Below, piece after piece: positions 8,836 through 18,191 of a DNA stretch of 24,265 nucleotides. A program made the translations under genes and the position numbers. Numbering within the stretch: the first letter of the stretch is position 1; each line of letters opens with the position of its first letter. The notes under the pieces were generated by a model. The model saw only the letters and a program-made list of their open reading frames with translations, had not been told where the DNA came from and did not search any database. Origin of the DNA: a virus (Duplodnaviria > Caudoviricetes); the IMG/VR virus record IMGVR_UViG_3300030372_002743, positions 1 through 24,265 of that record; one strand, given 5' to 3'.

Positions 8836-9164
8836 ATAAAAAACTTTCTTGGCGTGATTTAGAAAAAATTGCTTTCGGTTATTTAGGTATGGGAGTACAT
8901 GAATTTTATAACTACTTACCTAAACATTTTTGGAACAAGTTAGATGGCTTTTATGAGCTTGAAAACATAAGAGAAAAAGGAAGATGGGAAAGAACAAGAT
9001 GGCAAACAACTTTATTGCTAAATATACAAATAGCAAAAGGTAAAAAGTTAAAGCCAACTGATTTGATTAAATTTGACTGGGACAAAAAAGAAACAGAAGT
9101 AGATTATAAAAAACTAAAAGCAAAAGCGGAGTTTATTAAAAAAATGAGTGAGCATGGCAAATAA
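8805..9164 (+). CDS. tail chaperone frameshift extension (gpT-like; fusion ~218 aa from 8509)
   Basis: Frame is open from TAG at 8802-8804 to 9164 and reads KAESQEVNKKLSWRDLEKIAFGYLG upstream of the ATG at 8889. Confidence 0.82.
   Translation, partial: KRKKAESQEVNKKLSWRDLEKIAFGYLGMGVHEFYNYLPKHFWNKLDGFYELENIREKGRWERTRWQTTLLLNIQIAKGKKLKPTDLIKFDWDKKETEVDYKKLKAKAEFIKKMSEHGK
8811..8880 (+). promoter_or_regulatory. -1 programmed frameshift signal (A AAA AAG plus downstream stems)
   Basis: Heptamer 8811-8817 in correct phase; 6-nt spacer; stem 8824-8831/8846-8853; -1 frame open 8805-9164. Confidence 0.85.
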
Positions 9165-10887
9165 AAGTATAGGATTATTAACTATTGCGTTTGGAGCTGA
9201 TTTAAGAGGCTTTGACAAAGCAATGAAAAAGGCTCAAAGAAGTATCAAAAAATTTGGTACATCTATGCAGCGAACTGGTCAAAATTTAACAAGAAACTTA
9301 ACATTGCCATTAGCTGCATTTGCAGCCGCATCTGTTAAGGCATTTGATACTCAAGCTAAAGCTGAAACTAAATTGCTAACAGCATTAAAAGGGCGTGAGG
9401 ATATTCAAAAAAGATTAATTGCTCAAGCAAAAGAGTTACAAACTAAAACATTATTTGGTGATGAGGAAACAATAGCGGCTCAAGCTATGTTAGCAACAAT
9501 GGGATTAGAGGAAGATGCTATTATGAGGCTTATTCCTTTAGTGCAAGACATGGCAACTGCAAAAGGAATGGATTTAGTACAAGCCGCAGATTTAGTTGCA
9601 AAATCGGTAGGTAGTTCAACAAACGCATTAAGTAGGTATGGAATAACAATAACTGGTGCGGTAGGTAGTCAAGAAAGATTAAACACAGCAACTGAGGCTT
9701 TAAATAGAGCATTTGGTGGTCAAGCTGAGGCAATTTCTAAAGTAGGTGCTGGATCATTAGTACAATTAAAAAATCAATTTGGTGATTTGATGGAAGAAAT
9801 TGGTGAAAAGCTAATGCCATTAATTTTAAAATTTGCTAATAAACTTAAAGATATTGTTGTTGCTTTTACAAGTTTAGATGACAATACTAAAAATGTTATT
9901 GTGACAATAGGTATTTTACTTGGAGCTTTAGGTCCATTATTATTAATAGTAGGTAAATTAACAATTGCCTTTGCTGCATTATTTAGCCCAAGTGGAGCAA
10001 TATTAGTTGGAATCTTAGCATTAGCGGCTGCATTTGTATATTTAACAGATAATTATGAGGCTTTTAAGGAAAGATTATCTGATTGGACATGGTGGAGAAA
10101 TGCTTTAATAGAAGCAGCTGCGGATTTTGTTGATATATTAGGGGGTAGATTAGGAGGTGCATTTGGCATATCTGATTCAATAAGAGAGTTAAAAGTAGAT
10201 TCTAAAGATTATATACATGAATTTGGGACTTTCGCTGATGCAATAAAAAACAAAGCAGAAGATTTAAGTGATGTATTTAAAAATATTGGTAAAAGTTTTG
10301 GCATAAGTAGTGTAGGTGTTAGTAACAGTAATGATAATGGTAAAATCCCTTTTTTAAGTGCAATAAATCCACAAAAATTTATTGGACCATTAAATCAAGT
10401 TGGTAAAACAATAACAGAGCTTACACAAAAACAAAAAGAGTTTAATGCTGCTATGTCTATGTTTGAAAATATTATGTCAAGTGCAATGACAAGTGCTGCT
10501 TATAGCACAAATGGTTTTTTTAAAGGATTTATAGATAATATAAAACAATCTATAAAACAATTATTAGTTCAATTAGCTGTTTCTTTAGTTATTAAATCTT
10601 TATTTGGTTTTGATGTTACTAAATACAAAACAGCTTTTGAAGCTGCTAAAGCTGGTGTTTTAGGATTAGCAAATGGGGGATTAGTAACTGGTCCAACAAT
10701 GGCTTTAGTTGGTGAAGGAGCTGGAACAACTGCAAGTAATCCAGAAGTAGTTGCTCCATTAGATAAATTAAAAGGAATGCTTAATAATAAAGGAACACAA
10801 CAAGTTGAGGTTTATGGTCGTATAAGTGGAAATGATATTTTTATTAGCAATCAAAAAGGAGGAATTAACAGATTAAGATCAGTTTAA
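9154..10887 (+). CDS. tail tape measure protein
   Basis: Ala/Leu/Lys-rich helical protein, LTLPLAAFAAASVKAF, LKNQFGDLMEEIG, hydrophobic stretch, C-terminal LANGGLVTGPT...GEG...PEVVAPLDKL; start 9148 (GTG) or 9154 (ATG). Confidence 0.92.
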   Translation: MANKSIGLLTIAFGADLRGFDKAMKKAQRSIKKFGTSMQRTGQNLTRNLTLPLAAFAAASVKAFDTQAKAETKLLTALKGREDIQKRLIAQAKELQTKTLFGDEETIAAQAMLATMGLEEDAIMRLIPLVQDMATAKGMDLVQAADLVAKSVGSSTNALSRYGITITGAVGSQERLNTATEALNRAFGGQAEAISKVGAGSLVQLKNQFGDLMEEIGEKLMPLILKFANKLKDIVVAFTSLDDNTKNVIVTIGILLGALGPLLLIVGKLTIAFAALFSPSGAILVGILALAAAFVYLTDNYEAFKERLSDWTWWRNALIEAAADFVDILGGRLGGAFGISDSIRELKVDSKDYIHEFGTFADAIKNKAEDLSDVFKNIGKSFGISSVGVSNSNDNGKIPFLSAINPQKFIGPLNQVGKTITELTQKQKEFNAAMSMFENIMSSAMTSAAYSTNGFFKGFIDNIKQSIKQLLVQLAVSLVIKSLFGFDVTKYKTAFEAAKAGVLGLANGGLVTGPTMALVGEGAGTTASNPEVVAPLDKLKGMLNNKGTQQVEVYGRISGNDIFISNQKGGINRLRSV

Positions 10888-10890
10888 TTT

Positions 10891-13800
10891 ATGGCTTTAG
10901 CAAAACAGTTTTATTCTAGCTTTAAGAGTTACAATGGCTGGGAATACTATCTAGAAATATGGGTAGAAAGTTATTCAGGTAGTGCCTCAGAAATATCTTT
11001 AGGAGTATCAGGACCAGTTATAACTTATGGAACTGATCAACAAGATAGATTTAGCCCAATTTTATCTAGTAAACTAGAGTTGCCTTTTATGGTAACTAAT
11101 ACTACTGAAGATGCTTTTATAAAAAACATTAGAGAGCAATTTAATGAAAGAGATGTTTATATTCACTTATATAGAGCTAATTCTAGTGATTATAGTTCAG
11201 TAGCTCCATTATGGTCAGGTTATGTTTTAATGGATTTGAGTGCATCTCCTGATTTATATTATCCTTATCCAGTTACATTAACTGCAATTGATGGTTTAGC
11301 ATTATTAAAAGAAATTGATTTTGTACAATCTGGAACAGCTGGAAGTTATAGTGATTCTGATATGTATTCTAGCAATGGAAGGTTTACTTATTGGATTAAA
11401 GAAATATTATTAAAAACTGGAGCTTCAACAACTACACAAGGATCAACACAAGATTATAAATTTACTACTGCTATAAATTGGTTTAATAGTGTAATGCCTA
11501 CTATAACACAATCTACTGATCCATTTTATCAAACTAAGTGTGGAACTAAAATGTTTTTTAGTAAAGATTCTGATGGTAATTTTACTGTTGTTAATTCTTA
11601 TGATGTTTTACTAAATTTATTAAAACATTGGGGTGCTAGAATTATATATTGGAAACATATATTTTATATTGTTCAAATTCAAGAATACAACACAGCAGAA
11701 TCTGGAACTTATGCAAATCCTGACAACATAAATACTAGAACTTATACTAAAACTGGTGCTTTTGATAGTTCTTCTGATAATTTAGGTGATTCATATTGGA
11801 CAAGATATAATTTATTAATTGATGATGTAACTGGAGGAATACAAAAATTAGCTGGAAGTCAATTTAATTATTTACCTCAATTAAAAAGAACACAAGCTAA
11901 CTTTTTAGATTATGGGAATAAAAATTATTTTGGAGGTATTCCATTTGATTTAACTACTGGAGAAACTGATGTAATTTTACAAAGTACATTTGAAGATGTT
12001 AGTTCTGATGGTGCTATGCTTTTAATTATACCTTTGGATGTAACAATAGTTCAACAATATAATGGCTCACTTGATTTAAGAATATTTTTTAGATTATTTA
12101 TTACTGATGGTGCTACAACTTATTACTTACGTTATGACGCAACAAATACTCCAAATTATTATTGGGAAAGTAGCACAACTGTTAACTTAAATAATAATCA
12201 AACTAGATGGTATAGCAAATTAGATAATTTAATAGGAACTCAAACAAAAATTGGTTTTCATGAATTGATAGAATTTAAAGATTCTGGAGGCTCTGCACTT
12301 AATTTAAGTGGTGAATGGAAAGCCTATATTGACATTGATAATTGGGTGCAAAATATTGCAAGTAGTTTTTATTTCTATGCGTCTGTAAGTGGTACGGGTG
12401 GGCAAAGTACTAAAGTATATGTACCATCTTTGACAACTGTTTATTATACAAATACACTAAATTCTAATTATCAAACTACTATAAATACAGTTGTATTAGG
12501 AACAACAAATTCACAAATTACTGGGATTAACACTTATCCAAATAATAATATAATTAGTTACCAAACATCTTTAAATATAAATCCATTTGAAGGTAAATTT
12601 TTAATTGTTAACACAAGTGCAAGTGGAGCTATTTATGGAAGTCAAGTAATGATAACTCCATTAACTACAACAAGTGATGTTGAGGTTGTTGATTTTGGTG
12701 ATTTAATATGGGGTGATACATTATTTGCAAGTTCTGAAGGTAGTTTAAAAGTTTGGAATGGAAGTGCTTTTGTCAAATCAAATGTGACTGGAACATGGGG
12801 GTTAGGCTCAACAAGTGGCTCTAATAGTTTTACAGAAATGCTATTAAGTGAATATTTGTTTGGACAAACAAAAGTTGTAGAAAGTCCCTCAATGCAATTA
12901 GTAATAGGTGAAACAAATAAAAATCAAAATGATGGAAGTGGCTCTAGACCAAATTATGTAAATCCAATAGGTAGATTAAAAGGATATAGTGCTACTGGTA
13001 CAACTCCTTATTATATATTTAAAAGCGGCTCATTTCATTTACTAAGAGATGAAATTGATTATGAAGGTTATCAAATTATAAGAAACACAGAAACAGTAAC
13101 AAAAACAGATAACATTATTATTGGTCCAGATGTGCTACAAGATAAAACAAATAAGATAAGTCAAAAAACTCCTGTCTCAAATACTTTAGCTGCAAAACTT
13201 ACTCAAAATAGTTTTATCTCTACTATATCATCAACTAAAAGTGCTTATGGAAATGACATTGCTGTTAATGGTATTTTTGCTAGTGATTCTAGTTGGACAA
13301 AAGGAACTGGTTGGAGCATAGCAAGTAATAAAGCATCTTTTTCACCAACTGGCTCTACAAGTGATATTAAACAAGATACTTTAACAAACGCATTAACATA
13401 TAAAATAACACTATCTGTTTCTGTTAGTGCTGGAGGTTTATCTGTAAAAGCTGGTAGTTCTGGAAATGAAACTGTTTTAAGTACATCTGGAACTTATGAT
13501 ATTTTTTCAACTTGTTCTGGCTCAACTGATGTAATTTTTGAAGCAAGTGCAGCTTTTGAAGGTTATATAGAAAAAGTAGTTGTAAAACAACAAGTGCCGA
13601 TTACTAGCATAAATATTAATGCTATTGGTGCTGCGGTGTTTAAAGCTAATGATGTATTAAATATTGCAAATTTTGATAGTAATGAAATAAATGAATTTAC
13701 AGTCAGCTCAGATCAAGGAGCAAGTGATACTAGTATTGCTGTAACAAGTAAACTAATAACAGAGGATATACCTGAAGGCTCAATTATACTTATAAATCAA

Positions 13801-16800
13801 AATGACTTAGCTGCACAATACCAAAACAAAACAAAAGGAACAGTTGCTGGATTTACTATTGATGCTGATGGTATTGCAAAAGGTGGTGTTGAAATAACTG
13901 GTTGGCTTGATAGTGATACAATGAGTGGTGCTACTGCAAATAATGTTCCAACAGCCGAAAGTGTAAAAGCCTATGTAGATGCCCAAGTTGGAAGTTCAGA
14001 TACATTACAAGAGGTTACTGATAATGGAAATACAACAACTAACAGTATAATGATTGGTAGTTCATCAAGTCCAAGTCAAAAATTAGAAGTTGAAGGAGGA
14101 AGGATTAAAATTTCATCATCTGGGACACAACAATTATTGTTTGGAACTGATGCAACTATTGAATTTGGCTCTGATAGCAATATTCAAGTAAGAAGAACAT
14201 CTTCAGATTTACAATTTAAAACTGGAGGCTCAGAAAAAATGCGTCTTACATCTGATGGTGATTTGGCTATTGGTCGGACTACTGCAAGTGAAAAGTTAGA
14301 TGTTCAAGGTAACATAATATTAAGAGGAACAAACAATCTAACAATAGGTTCAACAAGTTCTGGTGGTGATTTTAGTTTGTCAAGTGGCATAAGGGGTTAC
14401 AAATTTGCAAACAACAATGGTGATTTATTGACTTTGTCTTCTGATGGAAATTTAACAATAACTGGCTCTGGAAGTTTTCAAGGTCAAGTAACAATACCAG
14501 CTACTCCAGTTGCCTCAACAGATGCTGCAAGTAAAAGTTACGTTGATGCTCAAGTTGGAAGTTCAGATACGCTTGAAGAAGTTACAGCAAATGGAAATAG
14601 TACCTCTTATGGAATATCATTTACAAGTACAAATTTTAGTGTTGGTCAAGCTAAAATAGGATTAAAAGCTTCAAATAACCTAGTTTATCTAAGAGGTGGA
14701 AGTGGTGGATTATTTTTACAGAATGGGGATGGAACTGCTGCACATTTATTAAATAGTTCTGGAAATCAAATTTTTGAGGTAGGTAGTTCAGAAAAAATGC
14801 GTCTTACATCTAGCGGAAATATTGGTATAAATACGTCTAACCCAGATAAACTTTTAGAAATTTTTAATGGTGATTTAAAAATTGGTGATAATTCAAATAG
14901 TGCAAGAAGAATATTTTTTGAAAGAAATACTTTAGACATAGGAAGTTTAGGAACAAATAATTCTGCTTTAACATTAAAAGCTTTAGACAATAATGATATA
15001 TCATTGGAAGACGATTCTGGAAATGGGTTAATTGTAAAAAATGGCGGTAACGTACTTATTGGAACAACAACTGATGATGGCTCAAATAAACTGCAAGTTA
15101 ATGGAGGTGCTAAAATTAGTGATACTAATGGCTCGGCTTTCATAAGTGGTGGTAATATAAATTTAACTGATTCTGGTGGAGGAACTATGTTGATTTTTGA
15201 TTCTTCTAGTGGTGATGGCGTTGTTAGATGGGAAGATGGTAATACCCAAAAATGGGATATGGGAAGAGATAATACCGATAATAGTTGGGCATTATCTAAC
15301 ACAACTGGTTTAGGAAGTAGTAATGTTTTAACTTTTGCACACTCAACAGGTAATGCAACATTTAGCGGTCAAGTAACTGGAACAACTGCAAGATTTAATG
15401 GGAGTACAACTGATTGTTTGACTATTGCTTCAAGTTCAGGTGCTTCATATGGTTTAAAAATATTTAACAATTCTAATACAGATACATCAAGTATAATAAA
15501 TCATTATTCTGGCTCTTTAGTTTTTGGGACAAGTAACACAGAAAGAATGAGAATTTCAGATTCAGGAAATCTACTTTTGGGAACAACAACTGATAGTAGT
15601 GAAAAGCTACAAGTTGCTGGTAATTTATTATTGAAAAACACATCTAATACAAACTTATTATTAAGAAATGCTGGTGGCTCTAATAATGCTTTAATTTTCT
15701 GGCAAAAATCAACTGGGGCTGATGAATGGTATTTTGGTCAAACTAATGAAAATGACGATATTAAAATATATAATTATGACAATGACTCATTTCATGTTAT
15801 ATTTAGAAAAAGTGGCAACACAGAATTTCCAGATAACGCAAAGATAGGTATTGGTAGTGATAATGATTTACAGTTTTATCATGACGGCTCTGATAGTTAT
15901 ATAAGGGCATATAACAATGATTTAATAATCATGCAAGACACTGCTGACAAAGATATTATATTTAAGGCAGACGATGGTAGTGGTGGTCAAGAAACATATT
16001 TCTTTTTAGATGGTAGCGCTAGCGGTGGAAATCCAGTAACAATATTTCCAGATAGTAGCACGTTAAGGTTTGGTACTGGTGGAGACTTGCAATTATATCA
16101 CGATGGAGCAAATAGTTATGTAGCACAAACTGGAACTGGTGATTTGTACATAAGAAATACAACTGACGACAAAGATATAATACTTCAGTCAGATGACAAC
16201 AGTGGAGGTGTTACAGCTTACATTACTTTAGATGGTAGTCAAGGTTTTACAACAGTGCAAAAGAATATTCGTTTTAACGATAGTGTAAGAGCTGATTTTG
16301 GAACTGGAAGTGACCTTAGAATAGAGCATGACGGTGATCATGCTTATTTAGCTAATCTTACAGGTGATTATTATTTTGAGCAAAAAGCAGATGATAAAGA
16401 TATAATATTTACTTGCGACAACGGATCAGGAGGAACTACATCCTATCTTCGTTTAGACGGAAGCCAAACAACTGTAAACGTATATAAAAACTTATTAATA
16501 AATACTACAACTGATGCTGGTGTTCCTTTATACGTTAATGGAGTTATTAGAGCTGTTGGTGGTGGAATACAAGCTGCACAAGATTATGGATTTACGTTAA
16601 ATGACGAAGCTGGAAATAATAGGTATGGATTAAAATTTGGGGCGGCTGGAACAGTAGGTGGCTCTAATTTATTAATGCTAACTAATAGAAGTTTACATTC
16701 TGCAACTGGTGGAGGTATGGTAACTATTGGAGGAAATAATTCAACATCTGGTGTTAGTGAAGTAGAAATCGCAAGGTTTGATCCAAGAGTTGCCGCAACA

Positions 16801-16983
16801 AGTGGAAATCAAAAGAAAGTAACTTTAGATGCTGTATTAGAATTAACACAACAAACTGCTCCAGCAAATCCAGCTACTGGAAAATCAATTATTTGGATGG
16901 ATTCATCGGACGGAGCAATTAAAGTAAAAATAAATTATGGGGGAACAGTAGTCACTAGAACTATTGCCCTATTTAGTGACTAA
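10891..16983 (+). CDS. large tail-tip / tail-fibre (receptor-binding) protein, 2030 aa
   Basis: Directly after tape measure; Ser/Thr/Gly-rich; fibre-type repeats (KAYVDAQ, EKMRLTSxGN, DLQxYHDG). Confidence 0.85.
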   Translation: MALAKQFYSSFKSYNGWEYYLEIWVESYSGSASEISLGVSGPVITYGTDQQDRFSPILSSKLELPFMVTNTTEDAFIKNIREQFNERDVYIHLYRANSSDYSSVAPLWSGYVLMDLSASPDLYYPYPVTLTAIDGLALLKEIDFVQSGTAGSYSDSDMYSSNGRFTYWIKEILLKTGASTTTQGSTQDYKFTTAINWFNSVMPTITQSTDPFYQTKCGTKMFFSKDSDGNFTVVNSYDVLLNLLKHWGARIIYWKHIFYIVQIQEYNTAESGTYANPDNINTRTYTKTGAFDSSSDNLGDSYWTRYNLLIDDVTGGIQKLAGSQFNYLPQLKRTQANFLDYGNKNYFGGIPFDLTTGETDVILQSTFEDVSSDGAMLLIIPLDVTIVQQYNGSLDLRIFFRLFITDGATTYYLRYDATNTPNYYWESSTTVNLNNNQTRWYSKLDNLIGTQTKIGFHELIEFKDSGGSALNLSGEWKAYIDIDNWVQNIASSFYFYASVSGTGGQSTKVYVPSLTTVYYTNTLNSNYQTTINTVVLGTTNSQITGINTYPNNNIISYQTSLNINPFEGKFLIVNTSASGAIYGSQVMITPLTTTSDVEVVDFGDLIWGDTLFASSEGSLKVWNGSAFVKSNVTGTWGLGSTSGSNSFTEMLLSEYLFGQTKVVESPSMQLVIGETNKNQNDGSGSRPNYVNPIGRLKGYSATGTTPYYIFKSGSFHLLRDEIDYEGYQIIRNTETVTKTDNIIIGPDVLQDKTNKISQKTPVSNTLAAKLTQNSFISTISSTKSAYGNDIAVNGIFASDSSWTKGTGWSIASNKASFSPTGSTSDIKQDTLTNALTYKITLSVSVSAGGLSVKAGSSGNETVLSTSGTYDIFSTCSGSTDVIFEASAAFEGYIEKVVVKQQVPITSININAIGAAVFKANDVLNIANFDSNEINEFTVSSDQGASDTSIAVTSKLITEDIPEGSIILINQNDLAAQYQNKTKGTVAGFTIDADGIAKGGVEITGWLDSDTMSGATANNVPTAESVKAYVDAQVGSSDTLQEVTDNGNTTTNSIMIGSSSSPSQKLEVEGGRIKISSSGTQQLLFGTDATIEFGSDSNIQVRRTSSDLQFKTGGSEKMRLTSDGDLAIGRTTASEKLDVQGNIILRGTNNLTIGSTSSGGDFSLSSGIRGYKFANNNGDLLTLSSDGNLTITGSGSFQGQVTIPATPVASTDAASKSYVDAQVGSSDTLEEVTANGNSTSYGISFTSTNFSVGQAKIGLKASNNLVYLRGGSGGLFLQNGDGTAAHLLNSSGNQIFEVGSSEKMRLTSSGNIGINTSNPDKLLEIFNGDLKIGDNSNSARRIFFERNTLDIGSLGTNNSALTLKALDNNDISLEDDSGNGLIVKNGGNVLIGTTTDDGSNKLQVNGGAKISDTNGSAFISGGNINLTDSGGGTMLIFDSSSGDGVVRWEDGNTQKWDMGRDNTDNSWALSNTTGLGSSNVLTFAHSTGNATFSGQVTGTTARFNGSTTDCLTIASSSGASYGLKIFNNSNTDTSSIINHYSGSLVFGTSNTERMRISDSGNLLLGTTTDSSEKLQVAGNLLLKNTSNTNLLLRNAGGSNNALIFWQKSTGADEWYFGQTNENDDIKIYNYDNDSFHVIFRKSGNTEFPDNAKIGIGSDNDLQFYHDGSDSYIRAYNNDLIIMQDTADKDIIFKADDGSGGQETYFFLDGSASGGNPVTIFPDSSTLRFGTGGDLQLYHDGANSYVAQTGTGDLYIRNTTDDKDIILQSDDNSGGVTAYITLDGSQGFTTVQKNIRFNDSVRADFGTGSDLRIEHDGDHAYLANLTGDYYFEQKADDKDIIFTCDNGSGGTTSYLRLDGSQTTVNVYKNLLINTTTDAGVPLYVNGVIRAVGGGIQAAQDYGFTLNDEAGNNRYGLKFGAAGTVGGSNLLMLTNRSLHSATGGGMVTIGGNNSTSGVSEVEIARFDPRVAATSGNQKKVTLDAVLELTQQTAPANPATGKSIIWMDSSDGAIKVKINYGGTVVTRTIALFSD
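13960..15080 (+). repeat. degenerate duplicated ~190-aa fibre module
   Basis: Exact DNA repeats CAAGTTGGAAGTTCAGATAC (13984-14003, 14551-14570) and TCAGAAAAAATGCGTCTTACATCT (14230-14253, 14788-14811); module edges approximate. Confidence 0.75.
15832..16464 (+). repeat. three tandem ~75-aa repeats in fibre C-terminal region
   Basis: Units start at ~15832, 16051, 16279; consensus G..DL..(Y/E)HDG..(S/A)Y......D......DKDII...D..SGG...Y..LDGS. Confidence 0.85.
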
Positions 16984-17001
16984 CAATTAAAATAAAAAAA
17001 A

Positions 17002-17346
17002 ATGAAATATAATTGGATAATAAGTAGCATGGATAGTAAAATCCATGAAGAAGGGCTTGATGATGTGGTGATAACAGTTCACTGGAGGCGTTCAGCTGAA
17101 ACAGATGACTATAATCCAGAAACAGAAACTGGTTACTATGCTGATATTTATGGTGCTTTAACAGTTGGACCAGCTGACCCAGCAACATTTATACCTTATA
17201 ATGATTTAACACAAAGTGATGTTGAAGGTTGGTTAAATGAAATGACTGAGCCTACACCATCTGAAATGGATGCACAATTAGCTGAAAATATTGAACTGCA
17301 AAAAAACCCAGTTGAGGAAACTTTGCCTTTGCCTTGGACAGAATAA
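17002..17346 (+). CDS. acidic fibre-associated hypothetical protein
   Basis: 114 aa, VVITVHWR, FIPYNDLTQSDVEGW, C-terminal PLPW; position after fibre suggests a fibre chaperone. Confidence 0.6.
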   Translation: MKYNWIISSMDSKIHEEGLDDVVITVHWRRSAETDDYNPETETGYYADIYGALTVGPADPATFIPYNDLTQSDVEGWLNEMTEPTPSEMDAQLAENIELQKNPVEETLPLPWTE

Positions 17347-17507
17347 TGAAAGGCGAGGTTAAAGATACAATAGAGATTTTAGCGGCTAATGGAACAGCAA
17401 TAGGTTTTAGTATAACAGATTGTAACGAATATTTAACTTTTGTATCACTTGTTTTAGCAATTAGCATATCTTTTTATAAGATATATTATTGGAATTTTAA
17501 AAAATAA
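17346..17507 (+). CDS. small membrane protein, holin/antiholin candidate, 53 aa (not in ORF track)
   Basis: MKGEVKDTIEILAANGTAIGFSITDCNEYLTFVSLVLAISISFYKIYYWNFKK; TAATG coupling; hydrophobic helix with basic tail. Confidence 0.7.
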   Translation: MKGEVKDTIEILAANGTAIGFSITDCNEYLTFVSLVLAISISFYKIYYWNFKK

Positions 17508-17894
17508 ATGACGTTTTTTAAAAAATTATTTAATTCTGGTGAATTGGTAAAAGAAGTTGGTGATGTTGTAGATAATTTAACTACAACTAATGAAGAAAAA
17601 TTAGAAGCTAAAAAAAAACTAAAGGAAGTTGTTTTAGATTATGAAAAAACAATGCAAGTTGAGGTTAGTGAGAGGTGGCGGCTTGATATGCAAAGTGATT
17701 CATGGTTAAGTAAAAACATTAGACCAATGGTTTTAATATTTTTATGCGTTTCAACTGTTTTATTGATATTTATAGATGCTGGTTTTTATAGTTTTAGTGT
17801 TGATCAGTCATGGATAGATTTATTAAAAGTTGTTTTAATGACTTGCATTGGTGCTTATTTTGGTGGACGTTCATTTGAAAAAACAAAAAAATGA
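17508..17894 (+). CDS. holin (GTA 3TM-holin-like)
   Basis: RW..DMQSDSWLSKNIRP, two hydrophobic segments, GAYFGGRSFEK. Confidence 0.8.
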   Translation: MTFFKKLFNSGELVKEVGDVVDNLTTTNEEKLEAKKKLKEVVLDYEKTMQVEVSERWRLDMQSDSWLSKNIRPMVLIFLCVSTVLLIFIDAGFYSFSVDQSWIDLLKVVLMTCIGAYFGGRSFEKTKK

Positions 17895-18067
17895 AAAAAG
17901 ATAAATTATATGACCCAGAAAAAACTAATAGTTTAGTAATGCAATTTGGCAATATTGTTAAGGAATTAAAAAAAAGGTATGAATACCCAAGACGCATTGA
18001 TAAGCGAACTAAAAAGTATAGCAATCAAAGACCACATAATGGTGAAATAGGTAAATATAATGGCTAA
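17891..18067 (+). CDS. small basic hypothetical protein, 58 aa (not in ORF track)
   Basis: ATGA overlap with holin; MKKDKLYDPEKTNSLVMQFG...GKYNG. Confidence 0.55.
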   Translation: MKKDKLYDPEKTNSLVMQFGNIVKELKKRYEYPRRIDKRTKKYSNQRPHNGEIGKYNG

Positions 18068-18191
18068 AAAAAGAAAACTAAACAGCAAAAATCCTAAGTA
18101 TAAAAAAGAAGAAAAGAAAATTTTATATAAAAAAGTTTTTGTTAAAGAAGTAAAAGGTTGCAAAATCTATAATTGTTATGAAATACTTTAA
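18060..18191 (+). CDS. small Lys-rich hypothetical protein, 43 aa (not in ORF track)
   Basis: MAKKRKLNSKNPKYKKEEKKILYKKVFVKEVKGCKIYNCYEIL; overlaps both neighbours, completing gapless tiling. Confidence 0.6.
   Translation: MAKKRKLNSKNPKYKKEEKKILYKKVFVKEVKGCKIYNCYEIL

Noticed and set aside
8889-9164. Independent 91-aa gene starting at ATG 8889
   Set aside because: The frame is open to 8805 across a slippery heptamer, so it is better explained as the frameshift extension.
13960-16983. Diversity-generating retroelement acting on the fibre
   Set aside because: No reverse transcriptase in the window and no long repeat pair differing only at adenines.
16500-16983. C-terminal peptidase S74 intramolecular chaperone on the fibre
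   Set aside because: No SD.RLK-type cleavage motif or terminal coiled coil is visible.
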